Assembly (NCBI GenBank): GCA_030141605.1
Contig: JAQGDQ010000244.1
Span: forward strand, 62,001-126,000
Source of the DNA: Tubiluchus corallicola
Lineage: Eukaryota > Animalia > Priapulida
Direction of reading: 5' to 3'
DNA: 64,000 nt
Numbering within the stretch: the first letter of the stretch is position 1; each line of letters starts with the position of its first letter. Under the pieces are notes generated by a model that was not told the origin of the DNA, did no database searches, and worked only from the letters and a program-made list of their open reading frames with translations. This document shows positions 37,201-64,000 of this stretch, in pieces. The translations under genes were made by a program, and so were the position numbers.

Positions 37201-37647
37201 TAGAAAAAAATGATATAAATTCATCACCCCTCATGTGCCACCCTCTGCATGGTGCTCTCGCGGACTCCTTAATAGGTTAAAAATAGTCTGCCATTAAAAC
37301 CAACTAACTTTTATTGTTCAGCATCATAATGTAGGTCTTTGTTATTATCACATCTTTTTTCACTGGTATATTGTGATACAACAACTAAACAAAATGAAAA
37401 GCTTTGAATTACAGTCACCAATTCACTTTTAGAAGCCAATTTTGTGGATACTGCCTACTAACCACATTTTGTCAAGTTCACAACTTGATTACCAAAATGA
37501 ATTTAGTTTTACATCCCACTTCTGACACCATATAATATGTTGATTAAATGTTAGTGCAAAACATGAAACAGCTTAACCATAGTCTGCCGTTCGAACCAAC
37601 TAACTTTTATTGCCCCGCATCTTAATGTAGGTCTTCATTATATTACA
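34233..37647 (-). mobile_element. Tandem-array TRIM (LTR-int-LTR-int-LTR) with tRNA-Leu PBS, interrupted by a DNA transposon
   Basis: LTRs at 37647-37531, 37352-37273 plus 34568-34535, and 34331-34233, each starting TG and containing AATAAA. PBS TGGTGTCAGAAGTGGGAT at 37530-37513 and 34534-34517. A purine tract precedes LTRs 2 and 3. Confidence 0.75.
34573..37268. mobile_element. 2.7-kb internally deleted DNA transposon, TTAA-flanked (Kolobok-like)
   Basis: TTAA at 34569-34572 and 37269-37272; imperfect TIR gtcYgcgagaNNaccatgca; short Cys-containing ORF remnant MAASAELKCSFSGLFTNVKCG at 35278. Confidence 0.7.
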
Positions 37648-37859
37648 GTATACACATCAATGTAACACTATGCATCGTTCATTCAAATTCGGCAAACAGA
37701 CCTAAATTTAAACTATTCGGCAATTTTATACTGATAAGTATTTACAACTGATGAATTGCTACTTTTACTTACACATGACTGCAAAACACGAAACAAAGAC
37801 CTTTGAGAAATCTTGTACTAAATAAGTAAGAGCATTCAAATCCGCATTCCATATGCTAT

Positions 37860-38282
37860 TAGGGTTCCCAGAGAATTTTAAAATAAATTTCCCCGACTTT
37901 TCCATGACTTTTTCCTGACCAAATAATGATTTTCCATGATCAAGATAAGCAGAAATTGTATTACCACTATAAGTATTCAAACATTTTTGTGTATGGACAT
38001 TCATACATACACTGATATATGATGCGTCGGCCAAACATCATATTTGGAACAGAAATCAAAACTGGGATTTTTGCCTCAGGAAAATTTCATTTGAACACGA
38101 ATCGTTGGCAAAATATCTGTACACAGTGATTATTTTTGCATCCCTTTGCAATTTCCCTGACTCTTCAAACCCATTTTCATCATTTTTCCTGACTTTTTAC
38201 CAAATTATCTTTTTCCCTGACTTTCCAGGATAGCCTGTCTTTTCAAGGATTTTCCAGGATTTTCCCTGTGCATGGAAACTGT
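37860..38282. mobile_element. Degenerate MITE with ttccctgac-type subterminal repeats
   Basis: agggttccca start; repeated ttcc(c)tgac motifs near both ends. Confidence 0.55.
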
Positions 38283-39106
38283 GGTGAATGTATTCACCAT
38301 GTAAAATACACTGCAGTAATACAGGAAGACTTCCACATGCACAAATTATATTGCTGTAACATTATTGATTTGAATATAATCCAGATGCAGGAGAAGCCAG
38401 GTATTATTACACATTTTACAGCATCATTTTAAACAATTTTAACAGACAATTTAATTAAATTATTAGTATCATTTTCCATTAAACTAGAAATACAAGGATA
38501 TAACATTCAAGGTTTACTAGGTAATTGCAAAGTGTGTTTTCTTTTAATATTACAGAATTAAACTTTCAAAACTAAACATTTCAAACTCTAACTTTCATCA
38601 ATATGGACAAGTTTATTCAGCCACAAACCAAATAGCTTTCAAAACTTCATTTATTCTTAAGGAAAACTTTGCCTGTTTTGTACTGATAAACACAATTTTC
38701 ACTATCCTGTGTAAAAGCAAGAATAATGTTTAAACAGACAATCTCTAATTTAATATCATTTGTACGAGGCGCATCTGTTTTCAGAATTAAAAACACAATT
38801 AAAAATTAAATGTTGTTATAACTGCAGCCATGGCTGTTACAAATAATCTTACAAAAGCTAGAAAGTCTAGATTCTAGAAGCAACAACATCATTCCATGGA
38901 AAGACATTAAAAACGTATGTACAATGTGTGATGCATACATATGTGCACACTTGTAAACTGCTCCACAACAAAAAGTAGAAATTAATAAAAAAAATATTTG
39001 TAATACACAGGTCCAATGTTACGCCCATCATTTAATGCTGAGTGGTAGGAAAAGAAGAAAGTTTCACAAATGCATGCTTGTACATGCTGTAGCACCATAG
39101 CACCCA

Positions 39107-39736
39107 CTAATGTCTGTAGTACCGATCTCGAGCATTGTCACTGTCTCGACTAGAATAGGACTTGTGCGATTTATACACATTCCTGAAATTGCGGTCCTCA
39201 GTATCTCTTCCACCTTTTTCTAAGAAAATCGGTTTCTTAAATGGCCTATCTCTGCCTCCAAATCGCAATTGACCAGATTCCTTCCTTCCGCCAAATCCTC
39301 CGCCAAGCCTCCTCGGTATCCAACCGTGAAGAACTCGCTCACATTCTATTTCAACCAGTACGGTGTTGCCATCAATGGTCATCTTGTTGGCTTCCTTTAC
39401 AGCAAGTCTGGCTTCCCACTCTGTAACGTATTCTATGAAACCATAGCACTTAGAGAATCCGGTGACGATGTCACGTACTAAGTGACACGATTGTACGTTG
39501 CCGAATCTGGAAAACTCCTTCTGCAGTCTGTCTTCATTTGTCTTGTGCGAGAGTCGTCCAACAAAAACCGTGCAAACAGGATCCGAGACAATATGTTCCG
39601 GGGTTTTGTACTTTGCATTCTGTGCTCTAGTTATAGCTCTATCATGAGCATAGGTGTCGGTACCATCAATGCTACCGGACTGAAGAGGATCGTAAACTCT
39701 AGCTAATGGTGACCAGCTGTTTGTTGGTGACGCCAT
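39107..39736 (-). CDS. SNRNP35: U11/U12 snRNP 35 kDa protein (RRM), single coding exon, 209 aa
   Basis: WSPLARVYDPLQSGSIDGTD, TVFVGRL (RNP2), LVRDIVTGFSKCYGFIEY (RNP1), GWIPRRLGGGFGGRKESGQLRFGGRDRPF. ATG at 39736 follows an acceptor at 39758-39757. Confidence 0.96.
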   Translation of the reverse strand: MASPTNSWSPLARVYDPLQSGSIDGTDTYAHDRAITRAQNAKYKTPEHIVSDPVCTVFVGRLSHKTNEDRLQKEFSRFGNVQSCHLVRDIVTGFSKCYGFIEYVTEWEARLAVKEANKMTIDGNTVLVEIECERVLHGWIPRRLGGGFGGRKESGQLRFGGRDRPFKKPIFLEKGGRDTEDRNFRNVYKSHKSYSSRDSDNARDRYYRH

Positions 39737-41029
39737 TACACCTTTATTACATGTCACTTGAAAATACAAAAGAAAAAATACAATAAATGTTGCTAAAAAA
39801 CCTCAACATTCTACATTTATATTTGCTATAATATATGGTACTGCAAGTAAAATTTGTTTAAATCACAAGAAAACCCTCCACTTACATAAAGCTTAAAAAG
39901 TTCATCTTTAAATTTTTACACTTCTACTATACTGCCTTTTTGCATGCAGGGCTTGCGTCAACAGTAACACTGTTTAAAACTTGTAAATTTAAACTCCCGC
40001 AATGACCGTTAGATGCAGCCATTTTAATGGTAGGTCATTTGAAATAAGTTTAGATAACATTGAGTGAAGTTTTGAAAATATAATCAGAGCATCCGTAGCA
40101 TAATTACTAATTAAGTAAAATTTTAAATTACTGTATCTTGTCAATAAGATAAAAAATACATTTTTGGTTTGTGAATGGCACACCCTGGAGAATGAGTCAG
40201 CCATGTTTCACCAAATAGCACGAGCATTTTAAATTATTTCTAGGTACATAAGTCTTTACAGCAGGTAAGCGAAATGCTAAGTAATATAGATTTGCATGAA
40301 AAGTTTTTTGGGACATAATTTAACATTGCCTTTTCTTCCCCTGATTCACATTTACGTATAGGACATCATGTAATGGCGAACAGTATTGCAGCAGATGTAA
40401 AATGAAAACAAATAAAAATTCCTTTTAACGCAAGTGTAAAATAGGCGTAAAATTACTATAATGTAATATCATTTTTAAGGCAATTTTTGTGAAACCTACT
40501 TCAGATACCCCTTTTCTTGTCCTTTAAACCTACTGTTATTACTATTATGGAAACATATATACATGATTAACACCCAAAACAGCATATGCTGTGCAACTTA
40601 AACAGAAATTCAAATAAACACAACGTCTGAAAGAAGCAGAAATGATAAGTTAACAGGTCAGGTAGATGAAATCTAAATCTAAAAGTAAACTACAGCCAAC
40701 TAGTATAGTGTATAAAATTGACAGAAAAAATTTCTTTCTACAAAACCAAGGAACAACAAATTTTTGCTCCACCATACAGGTAATTTTAACACCAGTGACA
40801 TTATTTCAACACATTAATCAATTAATAATGTTAATTAGCAATAGAGTAGAACAAAGTATAAAACTGAACAAGACCCTGAAGCAACAGTTTATCATTAATC
40901 TATTTAATACGAAAGGCAAAAATATTTGTTTAACTTAGTTTCATTCTTCTTCTTGATTTTCCTTTATTTGTCTTGGTTAAAATTTATTATGTTACAGACT
41001 ATTGAACTAAATATTTACTTGTGTGTTTG

Positions 41030-41258
41030 TCTGTCTGCCCATCTACCTACTTATCAGTCTGTGTCTCTATTTATCAATCTATCTATTCATCTATCTAGTA
41101 CCCATCTATCTATCTGTATATCTATCTATCCGTCCGTCCATCCATCTGCCCTCAGCCTGCCCGCCCGACCACCCACCCTACCATTCATCCATCCATCCAT
41201 CCATCCATCCATCCATCCATCCATCCATCTGTCTATCTATCTACCTATTTATCTATCA
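41030..41258. repeat. (atct)n/(atcc)n tetranucleotide microsatellite
   Basis: Seen directly in the sequence. Confidence 0.9.
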
Positions 41259-43049
41259 GTAATCCAGCTAAACTACTATTATTCAATCAGACTCAACAAC
41301 AAAATTCTATAACTTGTCAAAAATAAGTTATTAAATAAAATAAGCTTATTTATAAGATGTTTTGGATGTCTTTTTCCATCTGTTCAGCTTAGGGTTGCCA
41401 CCCCATCATGAACTGTGTAGTCAGGAATCAAGAGCCAAACAGGGGGCATATAAGCTTCCCCAGTAGGGCCCGGTAGGGAAACCCGGAATATGGCAGTCAC
41501 TCAATGATATAGTATAACTGCCGCTGTTGGTCAGACGAGCATTACATCTCTTTTTCACGATTCATAATATTTTGCAAAATTTTCATTGCTTTCAAACAAC
41601 AACCCATTCATATGTTTCTAGACTGTCGCCTTGCCAATTTATTTTTTCAAGATCTGGGCATCTGGGCCTCCATTTTTTTAAATCTACATCACCACAAACA
41701 CATACGCTTTGATTCAATCAAATTTCCATCTGTATAGAGGATTTCTTCTTAATTCTAAAACAGAGATTCTTGCTTTGACAAACAGCTCAGACATTGGCAC
41801 ATATCACAAATCATACATCCAATTTTGATAATTATGGCTGAGATCCGCATGTAGCTGCGATATATTATCTTTAACCTGGGTTTCCCGGGCTAACGGTGTT
41901 ACTGTTAGACTTTGCGTTTCAGATTCACATTTTTTTATTTTTTCCCAAAATAATAGTGTCAGATAACATAAACGCTGCAAATAACCAACAGAAAGGGAAA
42001 ATGGTGGGGAAAAACTAAAGTTATCGAATCAGTTACCCTTTTCATGATGTAGGAACAACTGGTTTAGTACCATCGTTTTAGTTACTAAGTGACAGTAAGT
42101 CTATTTAATATCCGGCAAAGATACGCATAATACGCATTTTTATTTCAATTTTTATTAGTTCTTGCATTAATACATTAATATAATATACTTATAATATTCG
42201 GTATGCATCATGAAGACAGTGAAGTGGCGCTTTAAGGTGAATATGAGATGATAACCTCACGCATCAGTCTCAAACACGTTATTTGACGATGCAACAGTAG
42301 TATTGAGCAATTGCAGTACAGGGAACTTTATGAGAATAAATTTCTCTACTAACCGTAAAATTGTCAAATTTTGTGAAATACTGACCATTCCGACTTGTTC
42401 GGTGTATGTGAAGTGTGAATGTCTTCTTATAAATTTTCAGTTCATAATCTTTGATAGCAAAAAATGAGGAATCTTAACTTGTGCGATGGAATAGTCAAAA
42501 TTTGCAAAGGGAATTGAAGGTTTTGGTTATTGATTTTCATTTTCAATGTTTGGCATAGCGGAGTCTAGTTTTTTGCTGGATTAACTGCTGTGTTTACCAG
42601 TCTTAAGGGCAGATTTCTTTTATTTTAGAGTTCTGTCCGCCCTATGTCTACAATAGGCTTAACGGGCATATGATGATGATGATGATGATGCACATTAGTG
42701 TTTGGTGCGTACTCTTTTTGATGGCACCTGTTTTCCACTACATTTGTGCCTGTTTAATGTCTATAATATATATTTAGAATATCAATGTAGCTGACTAAGC
42801 ATAACTTGATGACTAGTTGGTATTTTGCTAGCCTCCTGCAGTGTTAGTGTCTACAACCCATGACACTAATGACAGTGTTTTACAATTTCACTAACTAATA
42901 CTAGTATTACTAAATGAAATAATCACTTTTAACTGCATTACGTAGGGTCTTCATGTACAATCGATTGTTTACTCGATTCCGAGTACTGCCTGACCGTACC
43001 GCGGCTTACCCAGTGTGGCACTTCTTCGTGTAGGCCTACTCACCTTCTT

Positions 43050-43380
43050 GATGAGTAAATCCTGATTTCCATCTCTTGCACCAGTCTGTCATCCACTGAG
43101 TAGCTAGCCAAAAAAACACCCTTGTCCAGTTATTCGTTGTTGCTTTACTCTCCTCCTAATATACCAAACTGGTTTTACAATAGGACGTTTCTCACACGGA
43201 ATTGTGAATCAAGTTTATGTTTGAAACTATTTACATTATTTGCCCTCACTAATTATTCCGGTAACAAGTTCCACAGCATCACTTCAGCTTGTGAAAAACT
43301 ATGCCAATGCTTTTCAGTATTAACCCTATGCTTGAATAATTTAACACTATGCCCACGCGGTGCGTACTTTCGGCACCTCG
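43050..43380 (-). mobile_element. CR1 LINE 3' fragment
   Basis: Minus strand reads PRGHSVKLFKHRVNTEKHWHSFSQAEVMLWNLLPE*LVRANNVNSFKHKLD, the CR1 ORF2 C-terminal pattern. Confidence 0.75.
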
Positions 43381-43869
43381 AATGATTTCATTGTTATCCC
43401 ATCTGGCATTACAACCATACGTGTATACTGCCTTGCTGTGGTAACCTGTGTACGTGGGACATGATACTGGTGCTGCAATTTAAATAAATAAATTCTTGTA
43501 CCTACCAAGGTGGTACATTATTTTGCAGCACGTGGCAAAGCAGCCGAGATAGTATACACCTAGCCAGTACACGGCACCATGATAATGGGCGCCCACGTAA
43601 TATCAGAGGCTGCATGAAGTCCCGGCATAGTACTCTATTTAAAAGAAAACCTAATGATTGTGTAAACATTACTTCAGAATAAAGAATGCTCTAAAATATT
43701 GAGAACTACAATAACTTTTTTATATCGTCTAATAAAATAAAAAAATAAAAAATTATTATTATTATTGACAACTAGGAATAAAAAATCAAAGCTTACGTTA
43801 AATAATATTTATCTTGAATGCTCAAATTTCTTTAAACTTTCAAAGCTACGCACAGCTCAGTGAATCTAC

Positions 43870-44312
43870 TAAGATTGGCAACGGCGTTTTTTTGTCACAT
43901 GCGCGTGGCCGACAAATAGAAGGCGGTACCATGATAACTATGATCATGGTCTGCTGTGTTAGTTTCTGACGTCATATGATATAGAGCCCATTTTTCGTGA
44001 CATCATGTATTTAAAAAGTAACACATATACAAACATGCTTGACGCACAAGGGAAGATGTCTGCTATTGCACAAACTGTGGTTAGTTTCTGACGTAAGCAA
44101 TAGCTGTGTTCAGTTGCCATTAATTTACTTTCTAAGCTAATTGTTAAAATATAAGAAATAACTGCTAACTTTTAGAGGCAAGAAAACGTATATTTTGGAC
44201 AGTAAATTACAATGAGATTGAGTCTAAACAATCATCCGGTTTTCCTTTAACTTCATCATGGCCTAAGTTACATGTGGCACAAGTAAAGTATCGTGCTTTC
44301 TTATCTAGCAAC
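43870..44312 (+). promoter_or_regulatory. Candidate FBXO16 promoter and first non-coding exon
   Basis: X-box-like ggtaccatgataac (43925-43938) and cttatctagcaac (44300-44312), CRE tgacgtca (43967-43974), candidate donor gtaagc at ~44093. Confidence 0.4.
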
Positions 44313-45658
44313 CATATGGCAGTAACCCGCAGCTTTACCGCAACTAATCTCCACTTTCATAACTAAATTTGTTACTATTATTTCAGTGTTTTAAATAAAA
44401 ACAATTTCGAAAACATTTTTTGACAATAAATTTAAAATCATAAGAAACGTGATGTTCATTTAGTTGAAACTTAAACTTCGTCTATTGTTCACTTGCACAA
44501 TTTGTTTCGACATTGCATTGCGTGTGCCAACAGACTGGTAGACTTTCTAATTCAGTATTGCTCTCGTGTATTTACTGGATTGATCTCCCACTATCTCTTG
44601 ATACAGTGTGTATGCTATGATTCCTTGTTGGTAGACTTGTAAATTTCTGAGTCTGAAATGACGATTGCTTTTGTGGTGTAAAGGCTAACATAGGTACCCG
44701 GAAAGTGAAGGTTATCGATGGCAGATTTAGGGGGTGGGGCTTGCGGCGTCCCTTTTACAGTAACAGTGACAACACGCCAAATTAATATTTTCTCTGAATT
44801 ATAAGCATTAGAACGATTTGCTAAATCTTAAAGGTGCCTTAAATCTGTAAAAATAATAAATCACAAGAATATAGATGAAAGTTATGTACAGTGTATATCA
44901 ATATAATTACTGGTATGTAATTTTGAGTCAAAGGTGAGGTGACACCTGTTCTAAACTAATGAGCTTTCTAGAGGAAATGGTTTCTAGAGGGTAGACAAGT
45001 GGTCAAAAATGCAGTAAAATGTATTGTTGTCCGGGAGGACCTTGCTGGGGGCTTACACAGCTCCCCACATCCCTAACTGCTTTTCTATTGGGCCTACCGT
45101 TGTTCTAAAACCTGTATCCGCCCCTGGTTATGGGTCCGCATCCCAATGGAAGTGCAAAATTTTTGAAATTTTAATTAAATACTTCACTTGTGCGTTTAGT
45201 GTATTTATTTTCCGCGGACTGTTTTTTAACCACCCATAATGTTATAAACCAGCACCAATAGTTGAAATATTCAGATGCCATCATGTCTGTACTGTTTATA
45301 ATTTAATCTACCATTTCTATGGTGCCTTTCAGGATTGAGTTTTCAAAGTTAAGTAGCATGTGTACATGATGCCTATTGCAAAATGGATACAAGCGTGCAA
45401 TTTGGTAAGTAGGCCTAGGGTCGGCTACTTCAAAAATGTGATCTGCATGGCAACTATGAAGTGAAATTTGAAATACCAGCATTTGCAAAGAATCCATAGC
45501 CGTGCGTGTATGTAATTTATATTAGAATTAAATCAGCAGAATGATGCCAAAAAAGAACTCGATTTTCTAGAAGTTCACTTCTTTGTGTGTTTGCTTTATT
45601 GTGAACAAATAAACACTATTTAACCATGAGATTTGCAGTTTTCATTTATACTGTGAAA

Positions 45659-62538
<16,880 letters not shown>

Positions 62539-64000
62539 GAATTGTGACTACAGAACTTCTAAGTTTATCTCATTTGTGGTTTTTCTAAGTATTTTTACAT
62601 TAGAAAATTTATCTTAGCTGATTTTGTCAGATAATCTTAATTCGGTTATCGCAGTTGCAGAAACTTATCATCTCTTGCAAAGCAAAAAATCAGTTTTCCT
62701 TGTGTTTCAATCCTCGAGTTTTTCTCTAGATTTGTATTTATCTGTTCTGTGGAATTCAAGATTTCTGTTTTCGCAAAATTTCTGATTAGGAAATGCTTGA
62801 AGTTATACATTAGTTAACCATATTTACGAATTTTTAAAATCATTCCAAACATTTTGCAAGGCTAGTTATTATTACACTGTATAAAACTTTATTCAATGCT
62901 TACTAAGAGCTTGACATGTAGTTTTGCACACATTATAATCTCGGTTTGCCGGACCTCGCTTTTACGGATATCTGAAGTCCCGCGTACTACGGACACAGTT
63001 TGTTGTTCCACAAGCTGACCGCTAGTTAGCAGGCTGTCACTTTGTTCACAACATTACATCAGTGTAACCACGTGTATATCTCTATGCATAAAAGTATAGA
63101 GTCAATTATGCGGAGTTATCCGAGTCAAATGACGGCAGTTTTTATATACTTTTGCATAGGAGCAACCCGTACTAGACATTTTTGGGGCAATTAGGCGATT
63201 GATTCTACATTACCGTGAGTCTAGTACATGGTACTTGCTGTATTATAGCTTAGTATAGGAGACAATTAGGCGATTGATTCTACATTACAGTGAGTCTAGT
63301 ACACTGCGCCTACTGTATTAGCTTGGTATTTGTAAGTACGGAGAATCGACAAAGTCTCATTGCTTCTGTCTGGCAAACAGAGATATTAGTGTATTTCTTT
63401 GTTATACATGTAAACGTACATCTCTTCAGTAAATTCCATTAAGCTTGGCACTTTGTTCATTCCACTATTTATGTTTTTCGTTTGAGTGTGAATCACTTTA
63501 CTGAGGAATAGTCCAAATAAAAACAAACACAAACAAATTTAGTACTTGTACCTATTAGTGAGCAAAGACGTGTATGGATTTTCTGATTAATGAATTCTAA
63601 TCCAGTCATTTATCATTGCACAATAACTATTTGTTTGATATAGCTGGTTTAGCATTTGAGCATTAAATAAGTAAGATTATCATAAATTGTGCCTTAAGAG
63701 TCTTATAAGTAATATTGATTGTTGCTGTAAAACTATGTGTGTTTACAATTCATTATAGAGCACAGCATTTTTATTCATTTTATATCATAGATGTGATATT
63801 TATTATACTTAAATAAACTGTTTATCTGAGTGAATAGATCTGGTTATGTTTTAAACATAGGCTTAATAATAATAATTGCATATTATCAAAGGACGCTATA
63901 TATATCATATATCTATATCAAAGCAGTCTAAACACTGAACATATTCTTTGCAAAATGCCATAAAATATTTAAAAAATGATGGTATTACCCTTTAGCTTAC

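Noticed and set aside
40926-41312. 128-aa and 79-aa ORFs
   Set aside because: Derived from the (atct)/(atcc) microsatellite.

Overview
AT-rich, intron-rich eukaryotic DNA, most likely a marine invertebrate animal (inferred from gene content and repeats). By reading splice sites and checking phase by hand I assembled five protein-coding genes. (1) The 3' ~644 codons (12 exons, 1072-18406, +) of an NRPS-like gene in which a thioester-reductase (R1) domain is spliced in frame to a classical NADP-type SDR (R2). This is the tail architecture of fungal A-T-R-R glycine betaine reductases; the A and T domains would lie upstream of the window. (2) An ING1/2-type PHD protein (-). (3) Gamma-glutamylcyclotransferase (-). 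(4) U11/U12 snRNP 35K (-). (5) FBXO16 (+). Introns and spacers are full of mobile DNA: a 5S rRNA-headed SINE with a TSD, a Penelope-type foldback carrying a minimal hammerhead motif, a tandem-array TRIM (3 LTRs, tRNA-Leu PBS) split by a TTAA DNA transposon, tRNA SINEs, L2/CR1 tails, nested MITEs, inverted repeat pairs around exons, and tandem repeats including a 5.5-kb array of 56-bp units. No searches were run; family assignments come from motif recognition.
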